DNA from: Octopus sinensis
Lineage: Eukaryota
Length of the DNA stretch: 64,000 bases
Assembly: GCF_006345805.1 (NCBI RefSeq)
Contig: NC_042997.1
Span: 63,984,001 to 64,048,000 of the forward strand
Reading direction: 5' to 3'
The notes under the pieces were generated by a model. The model saw only the letters and a program-made list of their open reading frames with translations. It was not told the origin of the DNA and ran no database searches. This document shows, piece by piece, positions 1-15,707 of the stretch; position 1 is the first letter of the stretch, and each line of letters begins with the position of its first letter. The position numbers and the translations under genes were made by a program.

Positions 1-629
1 TCAATGAGGCATGATGAGCTCGGACGTTGACATCAGGGGATGGATCTGTCTATTTAGGGTTAAAGTTTTGTGACAACACCACCTCCGAGTTCTCTGAATG
101 AAAACATGCTCGTAACGTAGCTTCTTAAGGCTGTGTTTTTTGTTGTTAACAGATTTATCTCCGGGCATATTTTCTTTGTGGTATTTTAAAACTTATGAAT
201 TGTTCACTGTGTCTGTGTTAGTTCGAAAAAAATTGTTTCGTTACTGTTTTGCTTCGTTTATGACACATGCTTTGATATGCGTGTATGTGTGTCCTGCAAA
301 TTACACGTAGTTGTGTAACCATCGGGGTGTATGTGTAGTCCTATGTGTATTAAAATGTGTATATTATTGTATGTGTAATTAATCAATTTACTTACTTACT
401 GTCTTGTTCCACTTATATTTTATAGTTTGTAAACTTTGTGATGTTGATATCGCATGTGTCTTCGCACAATTTTCTCTGAGACATCGTGCATGGGAGAAAC
501 AGTAAAATTTCGTTTTTTAGTGATTATTTTCGTTGAAAGGCCGTCTTCCACAGGTTCCTTTTTTCCCATTCCACCGATGTTATTAGAATAGATTTGTTTT
601 TGTATGGAGAGCCCGGTGTAGCACGTCCA

Positions 630-732
630 TGTTTTTGTTGTTTTTGTTGTTGTTGTTGTTGTTGTTCTTCTTCTTATTATTATTATTATTCCTCTTCTTC
701 TACTTCTTTTTGCTCATCATTATTATTATTAC

Positions 733-770
<38 letters not shown>

Positions 771-863
771 GTAGTAGTAGTAGTAGTAGTAGTAGTGGCG
801 GCAGCAGCAGTAGTAGTAGTAGTAGTAGTTGTTGTAATAGTAGTATTATTACTATTATTATTG

Positions 864-920
<57 letters not shown>

Positions 921-962
921 GCATTATTATTATTATTATTATTGCTATTATTATTATTTAGC
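630..962. repeat. Compound trinucleotide microsatellite (TTG/TCT/TAT/TAG/CAG)
   Basis: Direct reading; explains the low-complexity ORFs at 594-1076. Confidence 0.97.
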
Positions 963-1791
963 ATTGTAATCAGTAGCCCTGTAGAATTATTAGCATGGTA
1001 TGCAATATATAATAGTATCCTTTTTACATTAGGATTTCAGAAAAAGACAAGCTCAGATTCACCGTCACACTGGTGACGAGTGAAGTGATAAATTCAGTTA
1101 CAGTGAATTACTGTAATCGGAAACCAATATGTGTAAAAATTATAAAAAAATTGATATAAAACTAGATTCAAGAAATATGTATGAACTACATTATGAAATG
1201 TAAATGGATATTGTGTTCAGACTTGGACCACATCTCTAAGCTTTCCTATTTTGTAGACGCGAATATAATAACAAAATCTCCAAATCTGCGACAGTTTTGT
1301 TCCCATGAGTAACAGATAGTGAATTTTCAACTGTATGAAAGAAAAGCACGATCATAATAATAACACAGAATGTGAGAAAGGTATGAAAGAGAACAAAACA
1401 CCGTTTAGCTTGTAAGATGTACTTTATTTACTGTTACATCTTAGTAAAAACTTAGGTCTTGTTTCTTAAACTTCCATTATCAAGTGAAATATTTCTTCAC
1501 CCACATGTGTTTATTGTTCATGACATTGAAAATCAATACATGTATAGACACAATTATGTATGTATGTATATATGTATTTATGTATGTATGTATGTATGTA
1601 TATATGTATGTATGTATGTATGCATGTATGTATGTATGTATGAATGTATGTATGCATATTTCAATATATAAATATTTGTATGCGTATATATATATATTCA
1701 TGAATATACATATATACACTTAAATATAAATTACACATATTTGTACATATACAGATACAAGTACATCCATGCATACATAAAAAACATCCAG

Positions 1792-1887
<96 letters not shown>

Positions 1888-2460
1888 ATGCGTGTGTGTA
1901 ATAAATATACTTGTGTATGTATGTATGACTATACATACACACGTATATATATATGTATACATGTGCGTGTGGGTGTGGGTGTGATTATATGTATATACAC
2001 ATTTTATACATATTATACATATAGCATTTTGTTTACAATTGTAAGATAAAGTAACGTACATTCAAGGAGAAAATTTTTTTTTAAATTGAGGACACATGAA
2101 ATGTTACATAGGATAAAAAAAAATTAGAAGTCATCGTTGAAATTCATCTTGTACAATGATTTCTCTTCTATTCGCAGTAAACAAGATAAGGGATTTGGTG
2201 TGTTGTTCAGTGAACATTAGCTCCATCTTAGCTGGAATTACCAGCTCAAATTATTCAATATTTGTGTACAAAACTGATACTGAAAATGTTTTACAGATTC
2301 ATCTCTTTTGAGTATGATTCATATTTTTGAAAAGGTTACAGTAGTGTAAACGTGTACAGTTACATAGAATACGCAAGTACATGCATGCCTACGCGTATGT
2401 ATATACACATATATATGTATGCATGTATGTATACGTGTACATATACATACATACAAATAT

Positions 2461-2564
<104 letters not shown>

Positions 2565-3683
2565 TCTTTAAATACCTGAATGTGTTCAAGATTTTTTTTC
2601 CTTATTTTCGTATTATCTTATAATTAGTTTTTTTTTTCACAATTTGCTTGAAACAAAGAATTTCCTAAATTCTTATTTGGTGTTTCCCGACATTCACAGT
2701 TTCAAATTCAAGAACTGAATGCGCATTTGTATTATGTACTAGTTGAATTCTTGTAAACTTTTCCAGGAAAGATATGTTAACGTTAGCTTCATACGTTAGG
2801 AGTTTCGTATTTGCTTCCTTCAAATCTCTAGCCGTTAGGTTTAATTTTTACTTCAGTAACTATGCATGAATTCGTTGATGTTTTTTTTTCGTATTTATTT
2901 TGATATTGCATTATGATATGAATATGTCTTCCATGATTAGTTTTTCTTTTTGTGGAGTATTCTATAATATTAGCTTCTATTCTAATACCTAATTTTTTTT
3001 TGTCGTGTATTTTTTTATGATAACTCATTGTAAATGCATAGTGAGTCTACGAAAGTGTGTTGTACTAGTATGTCCAATGTAACTAATGCCTATAGTAATG
3101 ACGTATGCAATTTGGGGTTTTACTGTCAAATTTGGAGATTACAGTACTCATTCATAGATTGATTTCGGGATACCATGCTTGTGGTCTGTTATTGATAAGG
3201 AGGATTTTAGCTTTAGTGTTATTGTAATATATTATTAGTCTATGTTTGAGTGTACTGCATTTGTGTTCCCTTTAACGAGTATTTTTTTTATCATGCGTCC
3301 GTCTGTTCAATACTTTATATGCATTTGATGCATATAAAAATGTACGTGTGGTTTGGAACATTTTATTACTTTTCTCTTGTACTCGTAACTATATTCATTT
3401 AAGGCCAGCTACACTAGTCTATTGGAATATCCATAGTTACTTAATGTTTGTAGTCTTTATAGACGCTATTATAAATGCTCATCCCTGAAGTGATTTTGCT
3501 ATTAACATCTCATGATTGTGTGAGCAAGCACTGTCTCGTATGTATATATATTTGTTTGATGATTTGGTATATAACAAGGTAATGTATCTGCAATTCTTTA
3601 TCTGTATATATATGTCTAAAAACAGGTTCTCATTTGTATTATTTTGGATGTTATATTATTGAATGGAGGTGTTTCCTAAGTTG

Positions 3684-3731
3684 TCCCGTAGCTTCTCAAG
3701 TTTCTTCTCCCGTAGCTTCTCAAGTTTCTTC
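3684..3731 (+). repeat. Perfect 24-bp tandem duplication
   Basis: tcccgtagcttctcaagtttcttc occurs twice (3684-3707 and 3708-3731). Confidence 0.9.
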
Positions 3732-4116
3732 AGTGTATGCATTGCATCTAGTTTTTCATCTACATATCTGGTGTATATAATGCTTTTATATTTTGATATT
3801 ATTTACTTCTCTATTGTGGATAAGAAGAATATTATAAGCGTTGGTGCTGTAAAAAAATACCCCACTAATTAAGAAGATTTAACTTAACTTCAACCAGTTT
3901 AAAAGAGATAACACGGTCGCTAAGTATATTCAGTTGAGATTCTTGAAATTGAGAATGTGAATATCTGGAACGTCTGATGCGAATTTAGGAACTATATTTT
4001 TTCAAGATATCCGTAAAAATTACACAGAAAATGAAAACCTCCAAGACAAGGTGGGAAAACTTGAACAAAGCCGTATATTTAATGAAACATGTATAAAAGA
4101 GAAGCTCTCCCTCATA

Positions 4117-4163
<47 letters not shown>

Positions 4164-4600
4164 TATATATATGCGTATGGTATACATATATTTAGCATAC
4201 ACATATGTGCATACATTTGTACACGCGTGCACACTCTTTGTATGAGTCTCATATATTTTTCGTATTTTGTATGGTCGAGAATTAAAATTGAATATAGAAT
4301 ACAAAAATCGCCATTAGTTTCTTTCCTATTCGTGTCTTCCAGAACAATCATGTTTCAAATACAAGTATTATTGATAGTTAAACCAACAGTGTCGGTTCAT
4401 ATCCCCCATTTTCAGTGAATATAAATGGACAGAAGTATAGAGGGGAAAACCAATCAAGTGTGTAAGCATGTACACATAAGCAAACGTTTATACACACTTG
4501 TCTGTTCACACACGTTTAGACTGTTTTCTTTATTCCTGTCCTAAAATTGAGAATGAGAGAAGGAAAGATACATTCATTCATATATACATATATATATTAT

Positions 4601-4695
<95 letters not shown>

Positions 4696-6718
4696 AGAGG
4701 GAGAGAGAGAGGGGGCGAGAGAGAGGGGGCGAGAGAGAGGGGGCGAGAGAGAGAGAGAAACAGGGAGAGAATTTGAGTAACATTTTAGTTCACTCTGTTT
4801 TCGGAAGCATCCGTACCCGGTCTCTGCTTTGAGGTCAAGATCCTCTCTTCCCAATGGCCTTCAAAAATAAATGAATAAATGCTGTCAGAGGAGCTGTCTT
4901 TACTCTTATCATGGGAGTGGTAAAAAAAAAACGCTATTGGCTATATTATAGAATTTAGCCTCAGGTCTACTCTGATCTGAATTGGTCGAATAGACACGTG
5001 GCGAAAGTGTTGCCAATCCTGAACATCCAGTAAGGAATGCCAGGGCCGCATTATCCAACGACCAGTTGTTATATGTGAAAGATAAGCAAATCAAGCGACA
5101 ACTTAGAGGCTCCCTTTTTGGCTTGCCTTGCTTTGTTTGTGTTGGGTAAATGGTGATGGCTGTAAATGATTTTGTTTTGTTCGATCTGAGTGGAAAATAA
5201 AGTTTGCTTATCATTTACCCAGAGACTCCATTATCTGATGCTATTATTCCGAGAATAAGTAGAATGAAGTACATAACGTATTGTACTATTTAGCTACATA
5301 TCTTTACATTCCGAGCTCAACTCACACTATGATCAACATAGCTTTCCACCATTTCCGTCTACATATCAGATACCAGTCAAATGCTTTGATTGATATAACT
5401 GATATAATCATGCCTCCCACAGCACCGACCTTAAGCATATGTAAACAAACCATTAATATTATTGTCGTTATTGTTACTGTTATTGTCATTTTTAGGGCAA
5501 GAGGTTGTCATTCTCTTTTTTTCCTAAAGACATACCAAGCTTGATTTTAAATCAAACTTCTTGTTGTTATTACCAACCCTTCTTTACTACAGGCATTACG
5601 AATTTTTTTTCGTATACAAGACTTTGATTCAAGCGGGCTATTATTCCAGTTTGTAGTTTCTTCATATTTGTAGCTTTATGCTACCCCATATACTATAATT
5701 CCATAAACATATTGTAACGTATTTCTTGGAATCATATAGGATAAATTATATCTCATACGTATACTCATACTTGTGTAATGTCCCATACATACATACATTC
5801 AAAATAACTTGGTGCACGAAACTGGGAAAGAATATATAATTGTACCGGAGTGTATAAAAAAAAAAAAAACTTTCTGGTTGCTTGATGTAAAGTATTATGG
5901 AGCTTACCGCATAAAAGACCTGTTTCTTATTTTTCTGTTTGTTTGTTTGGTGTGTTTTTGATTTTTTTTTTTTTTTCGAAGAAATTAATAGCAAAACTTA
6001 AACCTCAAATCCAGTCCTTTTATCAGGAGACATATTTAAAAGCATAAACATTAAAAGAAAAGCACCAAAAAATAAATACTGAAATGGAAGAACATATAAA
6101 ATACTTCAGAAAATATGTACGAATCATTTACTAAAACAGATGTAAGCTAATAATCATAAAAAAAAGAAAAAGAAATGTTTAATCGTGTTTTGTCGATTTT
6201 TGCGTCAGGTAACATATCTGACTAAATAAAAGTATACCATATCCAAGAACAATAACTCTTAAACAATTTCCAAGAGTTATTTCCCTCTGCAAAATGCAGC
6301 AAAAAGCCCCGTTTTTATTTGGTTACGCTAATTATATATTAAAGATGTATGACAACGCCAGAGTCATGCAGTTATACATTTGAGTGATTACATGTATGCT
6401 TAATTATTTAGATATCATTGACATAAGGATAGTTGAATTTGGGGACGGTAAATTTGCCAATAGAAACATAATCTATTTATTTCATCTTTACTTTGAATTT
6501 TGGTCTAATAATGTATTTTTCTTCTATTACGTACACCAGCTCGTCACTAATAACCCCATAATCAAAGGCATTCTCGCATTGATTCTCCTCTTTCGCTTTT
6601 TCTCTTCTTTTTATTCCATATATGTTGCGACCTGGATTGCACGATTCAAATCCTGCAATGCAAGCCAATCCATATATGTATACACACACGCGCGCGCATG
6701 AACATAAATGTTTATGTG

Positions 6719-6796
<78 letters not shown>

Positions 6797-6819
6797 TATA
6801 TATATCCATATATACATCC

Positions 6820-6853
<34 letters not shown>

Positions 6854-6878
6854 ATATATATATCCATATACATATACA

Positions 6879-6931
<53 letters not shown>

Positions 6932-7299
6932 ATGTATATATATATAATTAAATAGATACATACACACACATACTCACACACGCATGCACGCAAATACGCA
7001 TACATACACACACACAGAAGTAGTGAGAACATTTTTGTTTGCACATTGATATCTATAAATTCTGAAATAAATCTTCAAGAACATGCAACAATAAATATAG
7101 TTATAACATTGCGAATGATAATAACATCCTAGCTCTGTTAAATTTTAGGTGGCAAACATGGTATACCATTCCTAGTTATGTGGGGACCATATTCTGTTTT
7201 GTTAAAGGATTACTTTTTTTTCTGATTATTATCAATTTTTACGCTTTGGCTTCTAATGGAGATGCTTTCATCCGTTTCCTTAAAATCTATCCCTGGTAT

Positions 7300-7512
7300 T
7301 GGTTTGCTGAATGGAACATTAGCATTTCGGGCAAGATGCTTAACGGCATTTCGTCCGTTCTTTGTATTCTTAGTACAAATTCTGCCGAGGTCGACTTTAC
7401 ATTTCATCGTGTCAGGTCGATGAAATAAGCACCGCACTAAAACTTTGGGTTCGATGTAACCGACTCACCCCTCCCCTCAAAACTTTTGTCCCTATGCCAA
7501 AATTTGAAATCA
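7300..7512 (+). mobile_element. Diverged family A SINE
   Basis: tgcttaacggcatttcgtcc...aattctgccgaggtcgacttt...tgccaaaatttgaaa. Confidence 0.75.
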
Positions 7513-7521
7513 TTATCATTT

Positions 7522-7522
7522 T

Positions 7523-7553
<31 letters not shown>

Positions 7554-7674
7554 TGTTGTAGTAGTAGTAGTAGCAGCAGTAATAGTAGTAGTAGCAGTAG
7601 TAGTAGCTGTTACAGTAGCAGTAGTAGTAGTATTAGCAGTAGTAGTAGTTATAGTAGCAGTAGCAGCAGCAGCA

Positions 7675-7746
<72 letters not shown>

Positions 7747-7762
7747 CAGTAGTAGTAGTAGT
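7522..7762. repeat. Compound (AGT)n/(AGC)n microsatellite
   Basis: Direct reading. Confidence 0.97.
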
Positions 7763-8183
7763 GAGAATATTTATAATAATAAGTAGTAGTCATTAATTAA
7801 TGAAACAAGTAATTTTTAAGTTCTGTTTTTTTTTTTTTTCTTATACGTTGCTCCAGCCATGACCGAAACAACTAAAATATCATGTTCTGACATTAACCTA
7901 TCTCTACACACGTGCACGCAAACATTCTCTCTAGGTTATGTCTGTCTATCGCTACCCCCTCTCTCTCTTTCTCTTTCTCTTTCTCTCTGTTACTCTATCC
8001 GTCTGTACGTTTGTTGTATGTGTCTCGTTTTCTCACCAACACCCTCCACGCAACACTTTCTTACCCAATATCATACACTTCCGCATTTCAATCTATCTAC
8101 AAGCATATATTCTATTTAAATTCTCACCCTATGTATGTGGCTTTATGTGATTATGCAAATCAACGTGTAAAGACATAAATACC

Positions 8184-8424
8184 ATATACATACATACATA
8201 CATACATACATACATACATACATACATACATACATACATACATACGTACGTACATGCATACATACATACATACATACATTCATACATACATACATACATA
8301 CATACATACATTCATACATACATACATACATACATACATACATTCATACATACATACATACATACATACATACATACATACATACATACGTACGTACATG
8401 CATACATACATACATACATACATG
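8184..8424. repeat. (CATA)n tetranucleotide array with repeated cgtacgtacatg interruptions
   Basis: Direct reading. Similar arrays at ~1555-1660, 13090-13155, 41705-41770 and 60390-60455. Confidence 0.97.
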
Positions 8425-9526
8425 TGTGTGTTTGTGTCGATTTAAGCATGTGTGTGCGGGCGTGAATGAGTTGACTATATTAATTCCCAAAATTAATAAA
8501 TAATTCACTTCCTATTGAAAGCGTTAGATGTTTCCTAACGTTCGATCCCTAATACATACATAAGGGCATACTCATCCAATCATAGACACAAGCGCACGCG
8601 TGCGTGCATGTTGTCAATGACGAATTAATTGAAATAATAATTCCACTGCATTGCCTGCCTTGAATATATAAATTTTAAACAATACCGGGTTTTTCTGTGT
8701 AACTATGCCTTCAAGTGTTATTTACGTCCACATATGTTTAACCCAACCCTCTCTCTCACACACTGTATACACACATGAATAGTGATTCTCTCTCTCTCAC
8801 ACACGTCCACACACATTTACACACAGAAAAACATTTATAAATACGAAGGAAATGAAATTTTCTTTCAATGGAAGGAAATAAAATCGTAGCAGTTTTGATG
8901 TTCAACCTGGTTCTCGGAAGCCTTTATTCTGTTACTTGGGCCATTTCACCCCTTTCGGGATACTTCCTGTTTCCCAACAGTAACTAAATCCCTGAGGTTA
9001 TAATAACCTTTGAATCTGCCATTTCTTCTATGATTAAATGTTAAAAGAAAGTTTGAAACTTTCAAAAAAGGGAAGATAATTTCGAATATTAAGTATAAAT
9101 TTCATAGCGCACTTAATATGCATACCTTGATGGAAATTTAATCATTGTTAACAGCCTAACTGACAACAGAGGGCATGATTTAAATTTATTCTGCGTTATG
9201 ACTAGATCTAAATTTGTTTTGACTAAGAGTGTCGGAAAAAGGGATTTGCAGTAACTATTCTGGTTCATTACGTTGTGTGTTCAAATACCACAGAGGATAA
9301 TTTTTGCCTTACATCTCACCAAAATTAGACCATTCAATTAAGTGTCAATTTAATCGACTCACCTCCTCCCTTCCTCCACTAAAATCTGACGTTGTCTAAC
9401 TTAGAAATGATTCAAACGTTCTTTTTTTTCAAGCTTGCTTTGATCATGGGGCAATATACTTAAAGGTTAAAAAAGAATTGGATTGATCTTTTATGATTTT
9501 AGTTTATGAAATGTCCCAAACACATT

Positions 9527-9900
9527 CTTTCCTACTCTAGGTATAAAGCCCGAAGTTTTGGGGGTAAGGGGCCAGTCGATTCTATCGACCCCACTACTCA
9601 GCTGGTATTTGATTTATCTACCCCTAAAGGATGAAAGGCAAAGTCGACCTCGGCGGAATTTGAACTCGGAACGTAAAGACAGACGAAATACCTATTTCTT
9701 TACTACCCACAAGGGGCTAAACACAGAGAGGACAAACAAGGACAGACAAACGGATTAAATCAGTTATATCGACCCAAGTGCGTAACTGGTACTTAATTTA
9801 TCGGCCCCGAAAGGATGAAAGGCAAAGTCGACATCAGTGGAATGTGAATTCAGAACGTAACGGCAGACGAAATACAGCTACGCATTTCGCCCGGCGTGCT
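9527..9900 (-). mobile_element. Two abutting or nested family A SINE copies
   Basis: The core ggatgaaaggcaaagtcgac...aacgtaa occurs twice (about 9630-9690 and 9810-9875). Confidence 0.88.
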
Positions 9901-9959
9901 TATATTTTGTGAAATTTGAATTTTTCCCTGTAAGTTTGGAATCATATTCCCTCATATTA

Positions 9960-10004
<45 letters not shown>

Positions 10005-10349
10005 TGTGTGTGTTTGTGTGTGTGTATGTGTGTGTGTGTGTGTGTGTGCATGTGTGTGTGTGTGTGTGTGTGTGTAATATTAGTATGTATATACATCTAT
10101 ATGCTTAGAAATTTGTGTGTATATAAGAAACTTGCATAGTATAACTATGGCATTATTAGATTTGTTTCCTTGCAATACGCCTAATATACCGCTAACGGTG
10201 TAAGTTATAGTCGTACTATTGCAACGCACTGGTGAAGATAACATTCCAGACGAGGATAAGAAATCTTATTCAGTGCTATTAATTGTAAGCCGAAATAAAC
10301 AATGTTTTTGGTGTGGGGGGGCGGTAAAAATTCCATTCTTATTTTCATA

Positions 10350-10565
10350 ATATTGATTTCAAATTTTGGCTGAAGGCCAGTAATTTTAGGGGAAGGGCTA
10401 GGTCGATCACGTCGTCCGCAGTATTTATTTTATCGATCAGGTACTTATTTTATCGATCCCGAAAGTTTGGAAGGAAAAGTTGATCTCAGTTGAATTTCAA
10501 CTCAGAACGCGAGAAAGTAAGTATTTTAACCAGCGTATCTATTGGACACTGCCAGCTCACCGCCC
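10350..10565 (-). mobile_element. Diverged family A SINE
   Basis: ggtacttattttatcgatcccgaaag...ctgccagctcaccgcc. Confidence 0.75.
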
Positions 10566-12234
10566 CTCCTATCTTCATAATATTTTGTGGTAATATGAAG
10601 CGTCTTATTAAACTCTGTTAGAATTTTTAAATTTCAGTTATCATATATCTAAAGTTTCTAAGAACAATTGTTAAACTTAACCACTTTCTTATCAATTTAG
10701 ATGATTCATTACTAATAACAGATGTTGACATATTTGAAGATATTTGATGTCCTTCAGGCTGTATATAGATATAACATACATGTTAAAATATGCTGTATTT
10801 TATAAAGACCTCATTAGCAACTCTAGTTTAGCCCATCTTTATATATTAATGCTCTTTACAAATTTAACAAATTATTTTTGCATATGCTATTTAAATTGCA
10901 AGTTGCTTAAGTGATAACATGATTTCTTAGTACGAAGTTTAGAACATTTGACTTCTTTTTTAATAGTTATGATAAACAGAATGTTTTTAAAGACGTTCAT
11001 GACTGCATGATAGCAAAGAAATATCAAGGAAATGAATTTACTGCATCGATTGTTCGTTGCATAGCTTTTCTCATATATTCTAACGTTATACGAAGGCTTT
11101 CATCGAATTGTAAATATCTTGGCAGGTAATAAACCGTGCAAGGTTAAATGATTAATAATGTGATTCAAATAAGAAGTTTACTTATCAGTGGAACATTTTT
11201 CAGAGACATAAATCTGCAAAAGTCAATATTTATTCGTCGAACATACAGTAAACTAACGTAGATTTAAGAGGACAATTTGGAAGAAAGTGTCTACTAGTAG
11301 TTCGAAGAGGCGAAATGAGAAACTATAGCCAGTTAAATTTCTCTTTGAAGAAGATTAACTTTTTAAAATATTCATGAGAATATTTATATAAAACAACTAA
11401 AACTTCACAACCTATTGTTATAAACAACAATTATGGTCATTTGTTTTTTATATAGGCTATTTAAATGCATTTTAAAAAGATATATTTCACTTTTGAAACA
11501 AAATTTTTGAAGAAAAAAAAAATATATATATAAAACAAAAACAAAACAATCTATTCTTTGGCAACTCATTAAAATTTTTGATAACATTTAACTCGGAAAC
11601 TTCACAGAAGAAAAGCGAAAACTGATATTTAGAGACTTTTTACATCTTATATGTAATTATTTCATCGATAAGTTTAATGCATTTTATAGTAGAATAAAGG
11701 TAACTAAAACGCTTATACTCTTTTAGATTAAACTTCTTAAAGCATTTAACGGAAAACAACTACAATACTTTTTACCAGTTTTTCAGGTTAAAAAGCAGTA
11801 ATGACATCACTGAAAAGTTTTCCAGCGATGCTAACGATTTATTGTTCCTGTCAACTGTACATAAAACATACTGGTCGAGGTTGTTCATTTATTGTATTTA
11901 ACCGTCTAATTATATCCTATTTGTAGTGATTTTATTTTTAACTATCTACCTTATGACAATTAAGATACGCATTTGGTCATAAGTTTAAAACGTTTTGGCA
12001 AGTTGAAGTCGTAATTATACAAATTTACATTAATATTAATTTGAGAAAGCTGATTATTTTGGACCCAGTTTCTTTCATCTGTGAGAGGATTTCCCAATTT
12101 CGAGGTGAATTAACTATTATATTATCGTCGTCTTCAAAACAAATGGAACATACATTCTTGATATTCATATACTTTTTTCGTTTTACATCCATACAACTTC
12201 TCCTGCGTTTATTAGTAATCCCTGTATCGCAGGT

Positions 12235-12235
12235 G

Positions 12236-12268
<33 letters not shown>

Positions 12269-12275
12269 TATATAT

Positions 12276-12336
<61 letters not shown>

Positions 12337-12347
12337 CAGATAGATAA

Positions 12348-12379
<32 letters not shown>

Positions 12380-12415
12380 TATATAATATATATATAATAT
12401 TATAGATAGATAGAT

Positions 12416-12452
<37 letters not shown>

Positions 12453-12527
12453 TAGATAGATAGATAGATGGATAGATACTTAGTCAGATAGCTTGACAGA
12501 TAGATAGCTTGACAGATAGATAGCTTG
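12235..12527. repeat. (TA)n/(GATA)n compound array ending in 16-bp units (agatagcttgacagat)
   Basis: Direct reading. A degenerate GATA/GACA array also lies at ~57050-57300. Confidence 0.95.
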
Positions 12528-12624
12528 TGGGCTAATGTTATTTTTAAGAATAGAAAATTTGTAAACACATTACTGACAGTATGGACTATTTAACATGTAA
12601 CGCTTGCAATAGCTTCATATTCTA

Positions 12625-12840
12625 AAGGTAAGCTGGCAGAATCATCAGCACATTAGACGAAATCCTTAGTGATATTTCATCTGGCTTTACATTTCGAGTT
12701 CAAATTCCACCCTGGCCGAATTCATCTTCCATTCTTTCGGTGTCGATAAAGTAAATATTAGCTAAGTCATGGGGTTGATATAATCGGCTTAACCCATCCC
12801 CCAAGATTCCTGGCCTTGTGCCAAAATCTGAAACCAGTAT
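12625..12840 (+). mobile_element. Diverged family A SINE
   Basis: ggtaagctggcagaatcatcagc...gagttcaaattcc...ggccttgtgccaaaatctgaaacc. Confidence 0.78.
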
Positions 12841-13175
12841 ATTCTTCATATTCCCACAAGAAAACAAGAAAACTACTGTTTTATGTTTAAAGATATGTAG
12901 TTAAACTGCAGCAAAATATTAGGAAAAGAAATTTAAGTGTTGCCGTTGTGTGAATGTTGATAAAGAGCATTGAAAAATCCAGCATTCGGTGATAGGCCAG
13001 CAGTGTTATCAAAATACATTTTGCAAAGTATAATATATCAAGTAATATGACATACACACACACACACACACACACACACGTACACACTTATGTATGTATG
13101 TATGTATGTATGTATGTATGTATGTATGTATGTATTATGTATGTATGTATGTATGTATATAATATATATATATAT

Positions 13176-13237
<62 letters not shown>

Positions 13238-13352
13238 TTAAAATCTTAGGCTAGCAAGAATATTCATCGAAATTCTTAGTTACCAGTGGTCTAGCGAAAA
13301 AGTTAGTCAATAGACTATGTTATTCAGAGAAGAATACAGTGTACGTTCAAAC

Positions 13353-13460
13353 ACAAAAGAGATACCCGAAGAATAGGATATCTGACTCGCTAGAGTGGCT
13401 TGGAGCTTTAACTGCTCTTTCTAACGAGTCAGATATCCTGTTCTTCGAGTATCTCTTTTG

Positions 13461-13461
<1 letters not shown>
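13353..13461. repeat. Short hairpin element (~41-bp arms)
   Basis: acaaaagagatacccgaagaataggatatctgactcgctag pairs with ctaacgagtcagatatcctgttcttcgagtatctcttttgt, with 3 mismatches or wobbles. Confidence 0.75.
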
Positions 13462-13521
<60 letters not shown>

Positions 13522-13555
13522 TATTATATATATATATAATATATTATATATAATA

Positions 13556-13593
<38 letters not shown>

Positions 13594-13672
13594 TATATGT
13601 ATATATATATGTATTATATATATATAATATATATGTATATAATATATATGTATATATATATGTATATATATA

Positions 13673-13712
<40 letters not shown>
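13460..13712. repeat. (TA)n array, representative of more than 30 in the window
   Basis: Others at ~1793, 2465, 4118, 4580, 6735, 15623, 16893, 21510, 22995, 28540, 30112, 31075, 36748, 38181, 39081, 43453, 45535, 45731, 48198, 61655, 63048 and 63911. They account for the YIYI-type ORFs. Confidence 0.97.
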
Positions 13713-13720
<8 letters not shown>

Positions 13721-15617
13721 TATACACATATATGTATATACACATACGCCTATTCCTCCATTTATGTATGCGAGTGTATATATACAACATACATATAGAT
13801 TCACTCAAACACATCAACGTAAATTGTCTATAATATTTGCTATGTAAAGTGTAATTAACGTATGTTCAATTGTCTTTTTCGTCTCTGGTCGTCAATAGAA
13901 ATGATATTTGGGATTAATTTGTACTACCTACGCTCCATTATCTTGCCAATGTGCAATTTTACATAGACCTAAACAATGAGGAATCAAACTTGACCCCTAA
14001 CAAATTATGTACATACGTTTTGCCTAGATACCAATGCTTCAACAAAGAGCAAACAAAGTTGGAAATAGAACGGATTATATACATGTGCTTGACCAAAACA
14101 AATGATTGTTTCAGGTTATTTTCTTTAGATTTTGTAAATCACTCGAGTCTTGGGCACTTGGAAGACGTCTTTGTTCATAATAGTTTTTGTTATAACGACG
14201 AGTAATTACTCTCGAGAGCAATAAAACTGCTCCTCTTAAATTGAGACAGATTATAGATATTGAGAGGTAGAGAGAGAGAAAACAAAGCATGAATATGCAT
14301 ATATATGTATATGTGTGTAGGCATGTATGTACATAAGAACAAATAAATACATCTGTAGAAATATTGATTGTTGGCTACAAGCCGACTGTTATGATTGCCT
14401 TTCTCTCAAAGCGGGTGAGCAAGCTTTAATTTTAGCACCATACACCGATTATGATTTTGTTCTATTCGGTTTGGAGGATTAACATTAACAGTCTACTTAA
14501 AGTTCCATTAATTTACTGCAGCCATTCCGAGTGTAAATTTATAGATACAACATGAGGAGAAAGAATACCTCCGTGGCTGATATAAACTAAAGATACTTAC
14601 GTTTTAGACACAAATCATTGAAACACAAGTCACAGATTTCAAAATTTATCTTATTTGTTGTAAGTTATTTGTCCTCTGATGTAGCATATCTTAAATGAAA
14701 ATATATATTTATATAATGTATATATGACTGAGTACAGGTAAATATGCACACACTCATACATATGTATGTTACAGCATTGAATATCTAAATAGATTTTGTT
14801 TAGCTAAATGTTCGAGTCTGAATGTTTCTGCCATTGCTTGACTATATATTCATGTAAATCGTAATTAAATTCATTCTAACTAATACCTTATTGATTATTA
14901 TGAGTGTACGCGTGTGCATACGTACATGTGTTCATGCAAGAATGAATACATCTCTTTGTATCTGAATTGTGCGTGTGCTTTTCTTTTTAACTGTTTAAGT
15001 GTCATGATTGCTTTTTATCAGTAGGCGACAAATTTTCATTCAGAAAGATTTGGGATTTTGCGCATAATTCACATCAACCCAGTAATTATGGGAAATGCTT
15101 ATCATCATTGTAATGCTGCAATTGTAACAAATATCCCGCCATTTCTATTAGCTAATATAATATTTATCTTAGGCGGGTGACAAAGACAACCCCTAGAACT
15201 TTCACATTTTTATATTTGTTAATAACGGGGTATATATTCCAAAGTCTATAATTAATACAAATGAAAAATATATAAACAATATAAAGAAACTTCTTTCAAT
15301 AATATTTTAAAGAAAGATTTAAGCGTAGCAAAGTCTAGAATTCTATTTAGAATTTCAAATCTAAGTTGAATTGTTTGTTTTAATGAAAAGCAATATATTT
15401 TAAAATTTTATCTTCAACCTTTGATTCATCTTCATAACTAGATATCCTTCCTTGTGTTCCCATTATCGATACATATTCCCATCGAGTGACAAAAAATTGA
15501 GTGTTTGATATAGATTGTAAGACGAAGGGTATACCTAGAGTGACCAAACTGTAGTGACCAATATTTCTCAGGACAAACCAGGTTGTCAACTAAATGCTGT
15601 AAGAGCAGTGTCTCACA

Positions 15618-15707
<90 letters not shown>

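Noticed and set aside
2900-3990. Possible very old RTE reverse-transcriptase remnant on the minus strand
   Set aside because: Only faint motif echoes (e.g. TKAKILLINN) with many stops; not supportable without a profile search.
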